Below are positions 24,092 to 35,317 of a stretch of DNA of 64,000 nucleotides, piece after piece (position 1 is the first letter of the stretch; each line of letters starts with the position of its first letter). A program made the position numbers and the translations under genes. The stretch lies in the NCBI GenBank assembly GCA_964252035.1, contig OZ176213.1; one strand, given 5' to 3'. The notes beneath the pieces were generated by a model. It saw nothing but the letters and a program-made list of their open reading frames with translations, had not been told where the DNA came from and did not search any database. Source of the stretch: Podarcis erhardii (Eukaryota).

Positions 24092-24261
24092 GAGGTACCA
24101 CTCTCAAACACTATTGCATAGAAGAGACCAAATAACACATTCAAATACAAAGAAGAGAACTTATGCAAGTTATAGGCAGCTGGCTTTCAACAGAGCATGT
24201 GGGGAGGAACATATTGATGTTAAGAGAAACTTTATGATGGAAACAATTACACAAAGGGGTG

Positions 24262-24398
24262 GAGTGCTCTCTTTTTTTGCTGGAGGTCTTCAAGCAGAGG
24301 CTGGACAGCCATCTGTTGGGGATGCTAGCTGTGGCTTTCCTGCCCTGAGCAATGGAGTTGGGTCAGTTGGCCTACAAGGCCTCTTCCAACTCTATACT
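24262..24398 (+). mobile_element. CR1 3' end fragment
   Basis: GGAGGTCTTCAAGCAGAGGCTGGACAGCCATCTG...CCTCTTCCAACTCT; boundaries approximate. Confidence 0.7.
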
Positions 24399-25021
24399 CC
24401 AGTTGGTTCACTTCTGGCACATCATTCTTCCCATACTTCCACGGAATAAAACAGCAAGTCATATCAAGGGCCTCTGAATAAAAGAGGAAATCGCAGATTC
24501 CTTGAGCAAAGTTCCCATGAAGTTCTTTTTAACAACTTTCTTTAAGGGAGTAGCAGTTTCAACAGGGCAAGGCTAAAGCCGCAAGTATAAAAGATGTAAG
24601 ACCTATCTAATTTATACAGCTACAAAAATTATACCACAAACACTCCTCCTCCTCCTCTCTCTCTCTCTCTCTTTTTCACCCAAGCAAAGGAGGCCAAACC
24701 ACAGAGTGGTTTTGGAATTCTGATAAATGCTTGTTCTAGGCAGAATTAATCATACTCTCTGTGGGAAGAAGGAATCAAAAGCAGCTAGCCCCAAGCATGG
24801 CTGCACTACTGCCAGAATTTTGAGGTGGAGTCAACAGCCCTGAAGTTCCTGGAAAGAGTCATTGCTTTCCTTCTACTAGCTGCAAGTGCGAAAGGCAGAG
24901 GGAGGGCCCAGTTGCACTCTTCTTCCACAAAAGAGTTGTGACTAAACTCCAGAGTTTACAGGCCAGAAGTGCAGCATCCATTCTAAACAAAATAATCACT
25001 AAAGATAAGAGAGAAGCTTAC

Positions 25022-25147
25022 CTTGACATCTGCGTCCTGTTGAAGACACTACAAACCCTTCAGGGCACTGGCAAGTGAAGCTTCCTGGAGTATTGTTGCA
25101 GGTGCCCAAGACACAGATCTCTGCCTCTTCTGTACACTCATCAATAT
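25022..25147 (-). CDS. FBN1: FBN1 exon 49, cbEGF31
   Basis: 126 nt; DIDECTEEAEICVLGTCNNTPGSFTCQCPEGFVVSSTGRRCQ; cag / gtaagc. Confidence 0.95.
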
Positions 25148-26190
25148 CTGCAAGGGATTTATATTTTAGTGCTACAAAACTGAGCCATGAACAACAAAAT
25201 ATATACCTAACAAAGCCAGTGTCTTGCACTACGTAGCAAACCCCACTGTGGTGCTTCAGGAAGTTGGTATAGGGGTCGGCAGTTGTTAGTATTTGTACTG
25301 GTACTGTATTTGTTAGGAAATGTATTTCACAAAGAATGAATTGTGCTGGGGAAAAGAAAACCTATGTAACGTAATGTAACAGCTGCAAAATCTTGTGACT
25401 CTGATTAAGGTCAGAGAAATACTGAATCATTGGCATGTCAATTTGTTAACTCCCTTTAACAGTGAGTGAGTATGTGTGTGTTTTAGGTAGTGACAGGAGG
25501 AGTGGGAGGTGGAGGTTGTTGTGTGGAGACTTTGTGTCCAGAGGGGTTGGTGAGGACAGACAAGCTATAATTTATAGACTGTTTCAAAGGACATTTAGAA
25601 GAAAGAAGACCCTCTCTTGGGCTCAAGAGAGTGAAACACATTGCACTGGACTGTAGGATACTGCTTACAATAGTTGCCATCCCGCAAGTAAAGAGTTCTC
25701 TTCAAAGTCTTGTGTGTGGAGTCTACTTCATCACTAGGGCTTTGAGGGTGAAAACGCTGTTTCACTCTTCATGACTCAGAAAATAGCCAACAGCAATAAG
25801 CCCCATTCACACGCACCCATAGGGCATGGGAGTCACTTCTCTCCATGGTGCAATCTCATACTTCTGAGAAGCATGGGCATTTATTATGTGGGCAGGACAC
25901 ACTGGGTCCATTCACCAACCAGCAGTGTGATATCACAACACGATCTAGCAGTTCCCATGGCACTGTGGGTGGCATGTGAAGGGTACCATACCTTATATCC
26001 CCTATTCACTAGGAATAGTGAAGTGCAAAGCCCCCGGCCCCCCGACATTTTTCTGCCTTCTTTGTAGGTCAAAGCACAAAACTGATATAGGGAAAGAAGG
26101 AGGTGGCAAAACCCTCTGGAGGGAGCCCTAATGAGCCACTATCCAAAAAAGTTACCTGAATCTGTTCTCACTTGGGCAATTAATTAAAAT

Positions 26191-26311
26191 AAGGTTACCA
26201 GATTTTTTTCAATGAATCCAGGGACACTTTTCATCTTCAATGCATTTTTTATGGGGACTGATTTGTAAATCCGGGGACTGTCCCCAGGGAACGGGGACGT
26301 CTGGTAACCTT
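26191..26311. mobile_element. Small MITE (AAGGTTACCAGA TIR; superfamily uncertain)
   Basis: Inverted ends AAGGTTACCAGA / TCTGGTAACCTT in AT-rich flanks. Confidence 0.7.
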
Positions 26312-26569
26312 AAATAAAAAGACACTAAGGAAAATGCCATGGATTACCATAGAGCTCCTGGCCAACTTATGGTATCATGTTTTGGTTCCTCTCCCTCTAT
26401 TTCTGATCTTTTATTATTATGTGAGAAAATATACCGATCATTTGTGACTCTCTTTGCTCATGAACCCTCCAAAAAAGCTGCTGTAACTTTTTGCCCTACA
26501 AGGTATTTCACACTTGTCCTTTTTTTTAATCTAAAATTATTTTGTGGTGAATGAATTATCTTCACATAC

Positions 26570-26689
26570 CATTACAGTTGTCATCTTGTAGGATGTATCC
26601 AGGGGGGCAGATACATCTGTAAGAGCCATCCAGATTTTGACATGTACCAGGTGAACATTTGCCAGGATCCAATGCACATTCATTGATAT
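26570..26689 (-). CDS. FBN1: FBN1 exon 48, cbEGF30
   Basis: 120 nt; [40 protein letters not shown]; cag / gtatgt. Confidence 0.95.
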
Positions 26690-26982
26690 CTGCAAGAAGA
26701 TATAAACAAAGGAATCATTCATTTTCAGGTGTCTTGATCCTGCTCATTTTATTAAAAAGCTGACATTAAATTTCAAAATTAAAACAAGGGATAAGATTCA
26801 GTTTCTTAAACAGTGTATGTACTAGGGAAAGATGAGGGATCATTAACTTCCATTAAGCAATTTGATCAAAGATGGTGATTGTGTCCTTTTTACCTCAACT
26901 TGATAAATGTCCTAAAGTGTTATGGTTAGAAGAGTTCCAGTTGCAAGATAATTGTAAAACTCAAAAAGAATTGATGATATTA

Positions 26983-27241
26983 CAGTAGTACCTTGGTTCT
27001 CAAATGCCTTGGTACTCAAACAACTTGGAACCCAAACACTGCAAACCCAGAAGTAAGTGTTCCAGTTTGCGAACTTCTTTTGGAAGCCAAACATGCTCCG
27101 TTTTGAGTGTTACGCTTCCGTTTTGAGTGCCACGCTTCCATTTTGAGTGTTACACTGAGGTCTGTCTGTTTTTGTTATTTATTTTGCGTTTTTGTTTTTG
27201 CAGCTCTTTTTTTGTGACTGTGTGGAACCCAGTTCAGCTAC

Positions 27242-27272
<31 letters not shown>

Positions 27273-27487
27273 GTGACTACAGTGCATTGTTTATTGCGTT
27301 CAGTTTATGAATTAATGGTCTTGTTAGATAGTAAAATTCATGTTAAATTGCTGCTTTAGGGGTTGTTTTTAAAAGTCTGGAACAGATTAATCCATTTTGC
27401 ATTACTTTCTATGGAAAAGCGTGCCTTAGTTTTGGAACACTTTGGTTTTGGAACGGACTTCTGGAATGGATTAAGTTTGAGAACCAA
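26983..27487. mobile_element. Tigger/pogo-like MITE, right TIR truncated, with internal (GATT)n
   Basis: CAGTAGTACCTTGGTTCTCAAA after TA; ends TTTGAGAACCAA; same TIR family as 21867-22117. Confidence 0.75.
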
Positions 27488-27741
27488 ACATTCTTTATGA
27501 CCAAATGCCCCAGTGTGCAAGTTTAACAAATAATACATATGTGCTTAATAATGTGAAGGGCACATTTCAAGAAGATTTCATTTCAACTGCATTCAACAGT
27601 GTACTGGTTTCTATAAAGATCTGTGATCTCAGCAGAAAATCCACTCTGTATGTCTTCCACACATAGAAACATTGCCAGCTAACTCCTACCATATAGAACA
27701 AAACATGGCACTCAAATACTGCAGTTACGTTCATGACATAC

Positions 27742-27870
27742 CAATACAGATCCTTCCTTCTCGAGGCATCTCATAACCTTCATTGCAGATACACTGGAAA
27801 GACCCCACATTGTTGACACATTTGCCATTTCTGCACAGATTTCCATTTCCAGTGGCGCATTCATCAATAT
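27742..27870 (-). CDS. FBN1: FBN1 exon 47, cbEGF29
   Basis: 129 nt; [43 protein letters not shown]; tag / gtatgt. Confidence 0.95.
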
Positions 27871-28792
27871 CTAAAAGGAGAAAAAGGTAAGAAAGGCAAG
27901 AGTTAGGGGAGAGAAACAAAAAAAGGGGGAGGAAACAGAACAGCATTTTCTACTACTTTATTGGATTGTATTATTGCTTTGATGAATCTGTTGTCGTTTG
28001 CTTTATATGCTATTCAGTTTGATTACAATGTTCAAGTGGTTTTTTTAACGCTCAGTGATGCTTTTTGTGAGCTGCTTTGAGCTCAACATTTGTTGCTGAA
28101 AAAGCAGAATACTTTTCAGCTAAACTCAACTCAACTTTGGTTACTTACTGTAAATGTTCTTTCTGGGGAATGTGCAGAAATAAGACAGGGAGAACGAGTA
28201 GCTATTAGCCCCCACCATCCAGGCTAGCCTCTGTCCAACTTCTGCCCATAGCAGAGTTGGTCCCAGAGCATGAAGCAAGCATACAGAAATAGAAAACGTG
28301 AGTAAAGGGGGAAACATAAATTTCCTCCGAAGGCAGGCAGAAATGAATGCCAGGACTGCTGAAAAGGGCCTCAGCATTTTATAACAAAGCAGCAACTGCG
28401 GCAGCAACTAAAAGCACCTTAAGCCAACCCATCAGTTTGCAAGGTAGCATAGAAGCGTGAGCCGTCCAATAGTCTTATTTACTTGAAATGGGAACACCCA
28501 TTCAGATTTTGGCATATCCTTGAATGAAATGGGAAAAAGCACCTCTCTTCTTGCAGTCTTAATCGAATAAAAAGCAGGGAGCCTAACCTCCAGGTGCCAG
28601 GTATATTCAGTGTGGGAGGGCAGGCACAAAAAAACACCTTTTGGTGCTTGCAAAATGCAATTGCCGCCGCCACCATCACCCAAATGACTATGCCATTTTT
28701 GACAGAAAACCCTTGACTCTTCCAAAATGGCCATTATTACTGAATTAAGCTCCCACAGGCCCCCAATATCTAATGTCCAGCCCTTGGACATA

Positions 28793-29316
28793 ATGTCCAG
28801 CCGATTGGACTACTGCAATGCGCTCTACGTGGGGCTACCTTTGAAGGTGACCCGGTAACTGCAATTAATCCAGAATGCGGCAGCTAGACTGGTGACTGGG
28901 AGCGGCCACCGAGACCACATAACACCGGTCCTGAGAGATCTGCATTGGCTCCCAGTACATTTTGGAGCACAATTCAAAGTGTTGGTGCTGACCTTTAATG
29001 CCCTAAACCCCCATCGTTCAGCCTGGACACTAAGATCCCCTAAGATCCACCACCGAGGGCCTTCTGGCGGTTCCCTCATTGCGAGAAGTGGGGTTACAGG
29101 GAACCAGACAGAGGGCCTTCTCGGTAGTGGCGCCCACCCTATGGAATGCCCTCCCTTCAGATGTGAAGGAAATAAGCAGCTATCCTATCTGTAAAAGATA
29201 TCTGAAGGCAGCCCTGTTCAGGGAAGTTTTTAATATTTAATGCTGTACTGTTTTTAACACTTGATTGGGAGCCACCCAGAGTGGCTGGGGAAACTCAGCC
29301 AGATGGGCAGGGTATA

Positions 29317-29361
<45 letters not shown>
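28793..29361 (+). mobile_element. L2 LINE 3' fragment with (AAT)n tail
   Basis: Encodes decayed L2 RT C-terminus (LDYCNALYVGLP...DHITPVLRDLHWLPV...FKVLVLTF). Confidence 0.88.
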
Positions 29362-30670
29362 TGCTGCTTTTCTACATATCCATCTGAAGGACTGCAGTGC
29401 AAATTATGGCAGGCACTGAAATTTAAAGGTGGAGTCAAGTGTGCATACACTGACAAGCTGTGTTCCATTCCAGCCACAAGAGAACCCAAAAGGCAGCCAG
29501 TGTTAGCTTGCAATGGGAGGAGGGGAGAGACCTCTTGCAATCTCCATAGTCCTGGGTCTCTCTTTTCATGTCATGGCAGCTGCTTATAATGCTGGCTGCT
29601 GGGGTGGATGGGGAACAAAGTGGATTCTCCCAGTCAGGGTGGGGCTCCTCAGAAAGTAGGGACTGGTCAGTGTTATTGCGCTCCAGAGAGGAATTATGAA
29701 AGGAGAGTTCATTAGAACACCCCCCCACCCCACCCCTTTCTGCTTCTCCTTGTACAAATCCTTTCCCCCTATTGGCAGCTCAAACAGACAGGGAAATAAC
29801 AGAAACAGAAGGAGGCAAAAGGGAACAATTCAGAAAGGGATCTTAGAAAAACAAAAACGGACAAACAGGAGAAATACAAAAGAGATGAAGAAAAATGTAA
29901 ACAGGAGCTAGGGGAAAATAACTGGGAGCCAATTTCCAACTAAGACAAAAGATCAAGAAAAGCAAGAACAAATCAAAGCAGGAGAAAGGAACTAGGTCAG
30001 AGCCCCGGGAGCTGGTTAATGAAGTCCAGTCTGTGTCACATGACCCTTCCTGTGTCACATGATCACAATAATCCACTGCTTCTGGCTCACTCCTTCACAC
30101 TCAAGGGAACTAAATAATTTTCAGTATAACATCCAGGAGATTGAAAACAGCCATACTTATTAAAAAAGGGCTCCCACCAACATATAGCGGTTATAGCAGT
30201 ACACTCTAGTACCAGACTCTCCAGATGCTGCCTCTGGCCCTCAAGAAAGGGATTCCTGATTCCAGTTTGAAGAGCTTGCAAATTCTTCCTTGGTTGTGGA
30301 TGAGAACATGTCACAAATCAGAACCAGAGGACAGCAAACGTTGCCTATGCTTGTTTCAGTGCTGCTCTGCGGATGGCATGGGGTTTTTTTGGTCTTAGAC
30401 ACTAGTAGCATAAAAAACTGGCTTACCATAAATTCCAGTTCCAGAAGCCTAAGCAGGTGAACAGGAACCTGCTTCCTTGACATAAGGCAACGCCAGCCTG
30501 GAGGTTCAGAACCTCTCAAGGGGAGCAGACAATAAGCTAAGTTGTTCTGTCTCCTATTGTGCGGGACAACAAACAATTCAAGCAACACGCAGACCAGTAT
30601 ACTACGTAGCATTGTAATTCTTATTGCGTAATATACATGATTTAGTAACAAAAACAAAATGTGTGCACTT

Positions 30671-31000
30671 GGGACGCGGGTGGCGCTGTGGGTTAAACCA
30701 CAGAGCCTAGGACTTGCCGATCAGAAGGTCGGCGGTTCGAATCCCTGCGACGGGGTGAGCTCCCGTTGCTCGGTCCCTGCTCCTGCCAACCTAGCAGTTC
30801 AAAAGCACGTCAAAGTGCAAGTAGATAAATAGGTGGGAAGGTAAACGGCATTTCCGTGCACTGCTCTGGTTCACCAGAAGCAGCTTAGTCATGCTGGCCA
30901 CATGACATGGAAGCTGTATGCCAGCTCCCTCAGCCAATAAAGCGAGACGAGCGCCACAACCCCAGAGTCGGTCACAACTGGACCTAATGGTCAGGGGCCC
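30671..31000 (+). mobile_element. Sauria SINE lacking its (ACCTTT)n tail
   Basis: Same head and body as 15265-15634; ends abruptly at TCAGGGGCCC. Confidence 0.9.
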
Positions 31001-31538
31001 CATGTATATTATGCAATAAGAATTACAGTGCTATCTAGTATACTGGTCTGCGTGTTGCTTGTATTGTTTGTTGTGTTAAGTTTGCAACACGGGTATGTTG
31101 TTCTCCTATTGTGCGGGAGGCAATCCTCGAAGGATTGGAAATGCTACTAAAGACCTCAAGTATTTGTCTGTTTTCTGGTGTATTATATCATGATATTTAG
31201 TAGCGCTCCAAGTTCGTTATACATAATTACACACGCAGGTAATCCTATGCAGGAGCCCACACAGCTGGTGTAACAGTGTCTACGCAGATTAAGCCGCCCA
31301 ACTCTAGCTCCTTTCTCACCCGGTTCTGTGCTAGGTAAGTGCGGGAGCGTGTGATGGGGGTTATTTCCAGCTTAGAAGCTCCATCTCAGTCTTTTCTGCC
31401 CGCTCACAAGGCCAATACAGCACCATAATATGACACCATCAATGTTGATTGCTGCCTTTCTCGCCCTTCTCAAGTGGCCTAGTGACTACTATGGTTGCAA
31501 TGTGCAAAAACCCAAAGAGACTCAGTCGGCTTCCTTAC

Positions 31539-31655
31539 CTATGCAGTCATTATTGTGAGAAAGGATGAATCCTGTATGACAGCGGCAGTTGAAAGAACCA
31601 ACTGTGTTCATACACGTGCCATTTCCACACGGGTCTCGTTCGCATTCGTTGATAT
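31539..31655 (-). CDS. FBN1: FBN1 exon 46, cbEGF28
   Basis: 117 nt; [39 protein letters not shown]; cag / gtaagg. Confidence 0.95.
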
Positions 31656-31691
31656 CTGTGAACAAAAATGAGAAAATCAGAAAGTGCAAGG

Positions 31692-32295
31692 CAATGCTGG
31701 TTTTGACCCTTAAAGCCCTTTGTGGCTTAGGGCCCTCGTATTTACGGGACCGCCTCTCCTGGTCTGCCCCACAGAGAACCTTAAGGTTCACAAATAATCA
31801 TAGTTTAGAGGTCCCGGGCCCGAAGGAAGTCAGATTATCCTCCACCAGGGCCAAGGCCTTCCAGTGATGGCTTCAACCTGGTGGAATGCTCTGTCCCATG
31901 AGACCAGGGCCCTGCAGGATTTAACTTCCTTCCGCAGGGCCTGGCTTTCAATTTGAACTTAGCCTGATCTTTTATTCTCCTTCCTCCCCCCTCCTTTTTT
32001 TATGAAGATTACCCGCTCTGGGATCCCACAGCTAATTCTCCCCTGGTCTCCTCGCTGGCCCAAATAGGACTAATTTAGCCAGCTAGCCGTGGTGATCATC
32101 TAATGTTTATTGGATGGATTTCCCCCCTAAATTGATTTTTGAATTTTGAATTCTTTTTATTCACATTTTATACTGTATTTTATGCTGTTTTTTGTTGCAT
32201 CAATTAAGTGTTTTAAATTTGTTGTTAGCCGCCCTGAGCCTGGTTTTCTGAACCGGGAAGGGCGGGGTATAAATAAAAAAATATTATTATTATTC
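31692..32295 (+). mobile_element. L2 LINE 3' fragment starting about 36 nt from the exon 46 acceptor
   Basis: [23 protein letters not shown]...; 3' GTTAGCCGCCCTGAGCC...GGGCGGGGTATAAAT and (TAT)n. Confidence 0.88.
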
Positions 32296-32608
32296 CATAA
32301 CTCAAAAGAAACACAAAGCCACTAACACCCACTAGCCAAGTTAATATGAGGGGGTTGGGGAGCAGAGCTATTCAGGACCACAGGGTTCTCCCCAAAATAG
32401 ACGTCCTACGCTAGCAGTCAACATACTGTGCGGCCATCTCATAGCATCACAGAGTTGGAAGGGTCCTCGAGAGTTATCTAGTCCAACCCCTGCACTGCAG
32501 GAATGTAATGAACTGATATGGAGAAACTTGTTACCTTGATTAATTAGGGCCCAAAACAGAGCTTTCCTCTTACAACTCAGAAAGGAGAAAATGTAGTTTC
32601 ATACGTAC

Positions 32609-32734
32609 CCATACACATAGTTTGGTCTCCATTGGTTTTGAATCCAGTGTGGCAACGACAGATGTAACCTCCCTCTATGTCTTGACATTCTCCATGACTA
32701 CAAATATTGGGTACCTCTAGACACTCATTGCGGT
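32609..32734 (-). CDS. FBN1: FBN1 exon 45, cbEGF27
   Basis: 126 nt; [42 protein letters not shown]; cag / gtacgt. Confidence 0.94.
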
Positions 32735-34685
32735 CTGAAAATAACAGAAGTTTCAAAAATTACTGCTTAGAAACCACATAACTATATGAAGTTGCCCTAA
32801 ACTAAACCTACCTATTCTTCTGTTTAGCTCAGTGTTTCCTCCTCTGATGGACAAATATTGGTCTTTTTCCAGTTCTCTCATCTGAAATACTTTAACTGGA
32901 TGCATAAAATAACCAAATGTGGAATCAAGACCCTCCTTCAAAGGAGAAAGATTTGGACTTCCTACTATGGATGGCTGAATCTGTCAATTTTAATTTCTCT
33001 TAGTTTCTTGTTTTTCCAAACTTGTCAGCTGTCCACATTTCCACATCAGTTTGCAAATTCTTTTTTTTTTTTTTAGTCGTCATAAAAATTCATCAACATT
33101 TTTGTGTGAATTTCTGCTAATATATACATTTTATATGCAATATATACATTTTTTTACGAGCAACTTCCCCCAATATAATGCATTGTGTATATATTATTTG
33201 TATTAATGTATGCACATTTTACCTAGCATGTGCAGTTTTGTACAAATTACTTGGTTGGAGAACAGGATTGCAGAATTCAGAGAAGTGTGAATTTGGAAGG
33301 TTAAGGATTTATGCAGCTACAAACAACATATTATACCTTTTCCAGTGTGTGTTACTTAAAATGACTCTCTTATCAACTGGCAAACATTACATCTTATTTT
33401 CTCTTCCTATGAAAGCCAAAGCAAAATTCAGGGAAGTAATATTTGTGCCAACATACATTGGGGCATTGTTGCTCATATCAGCAGTTACCCTGGATTTTCC
33501 TGTTTCAGTCTCTGTGAAGGCCTTTCAAGAACAATTATGTTAAGCACATAATCTAAGTGACTGCATGTACCCAAGCAAAACAAGACATTTATTCTCAAAG
33601 TGAAATTTCACTTCTGTGTCTACACCCTTTCCCCACAAAGGACTTATAAACAATGTAAACATGTACTTTAGGAAAAGGTGCTCTTCCGAAAGCCCAACTA
33701 TGTGGAACAAAAACTTCCCAGGAAAATACTGCTAAAGTCCTTTCTAATGGCAGTGTTATTCAGAAACATACACCGATCTTTGTACACATAGGGTTGCGTG
33801 TAGCTGAGTTCTACTTGAAATAGATCCATTTAAATTGATAGACCTAAGCTGGTCATGGCCATTAATTTCAATGGGTCTCCTCTGAGTATGTTTAACATTC
33901 AATACAACTCATTTGGGGTTGGGAGGAGGCAGCACCAATGTCTCATATAATTGAAATTTCATTAATTCTACTTCATGTTGCTGTTATCTGAGATAAAAAG
34001 AGGTTGACAGCAGCCTTGGAGATTGCTAGTTGCCCTGAGAAAGAAATGGGGCAGAAGAATTAGAAGTGGCCAGTCTGTTGGACTTTGAGGTCCTTCTCTG
34101 TGTTTGGAGGGGTTAAACCGACCTTTTCTGTGGCATCCCTCTAATTATGGAATTCCCTTCACAAGAAAGCTTGCGTGGTGCCAACTCTGTCATATTTTCA
34201 GCACCAGGCAAAAATAGTTTTATTTTCCCAGGCTTTAAGCTGCTGTTTTTGGCATCCCTTCTTTTTTTGGATGGGGTGGATTATCCTTGTTTTTGGCAAT
34301 TTTGGATGAACGCTTCTAGCACATTTGTACAGCTCTTATTGATCATTTATTATGCAATTTTGTATTTTACTTTTCTTGTAAATTGCTCTGAGACGCCTTT
34401 CTGTTGTCTGAAGCCATAAATTTAATAAATTACACTAAGCCTTCAAATGTGCAGGATCAAAGCACTTGTACAAAAGTCCCTAAAACTGCTTGCACTAAAG
34501 AACGTGCTTGTACTTAGCAAAAGAAATAGCAACTGTGATGGCTAGGTTGTTCTTGAGGTTTCCAGAACAGAAAACACACGATTTTTTAAAAAAAGTTTCT
34601 CCGGCATCTTCATGAGAGAGAAAAAACTGCCCACTCGTGGTCAAAATATAAGACACTGCATTTAAAGAAGATATTCTGGTACTCT

Positions 34686-35034
34686 TTGTTGTTGTTTTTA
34701 GTCGTGTCCGATTCTTCGTGACCCCATGGACCAGAGCACGCCAGGCACTCCTGTCTTACACTGCCGCCTACAGCTTGGTCAAACTCATGTTGGTATCTTC
34801 GAGGCCTCTATCCAACCATCTCATCCTCTGTCGTCCCCTTCTCCTTGTGCCCCCAATCTTTCCCAACATCAGGGTCTTTTCCAGGGAGTCTTCTCTTCTC
34901 ATGAGGTGGCCAAAGTATTGGATCCTCAGCTTCAGGATCTGTCCTTCCAGTGACCACTCAGGACTGATTTCCTTCAGAATAGGTAGGTTTGATCTTCCTG
35001 CAGTCCATGGGACTCTCAAGAGTCTCCTCCATCA
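34686..35034 (-). mobile_element. BovB (RTE) LINE 3' fragment
   Basis: RVPWTAGRSNLPILKEISPEWSLEGQILKLRIQYFGHLMRREDSLEKTLMLGKI; (CAA)n tail. Confidence 0.93.
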
Positions 35035-35194
35035 CATACTATTAGTACATGTCTTTGCAAAAAGGCAACTTTTGTAAGTCCCTTTAAATTGCCGTGGCAA
35101 AGAAAAAGTGACCAATACATTTAATATTAGCAATAAAAATAAATCAGTGTCACCATGAATTTCGCAGTAAAGTACACTCGCTGGAAGTACTTAC

Positions 35195-35317
35195 CAACAC
35201 ACCGGCCGACTGGTGTGAACCGATAACCAGGTTTGCAATCACAGCGGTAGCTACCTGGTGTGTTGATGCAATCTGCATTTTGTTGACACACATGCCCATT
35301 TTGGCATTCATCAATAT
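35195..35317 (-). CDS. FBN1: FBN1 exon 44, cbEGF26
   Basis: 123 nt; [41 protein letters not shown]; cag / gtaagt. Confidence 0.95.

Noticed and set aside
28771-28802. 12-nt direct repeat TAATGTCCAGCC at the L2 5' junction as a TSD
   Set aside because: Both copies are on the same side of the element; it is a local duplication or microhomology, not a TSD.
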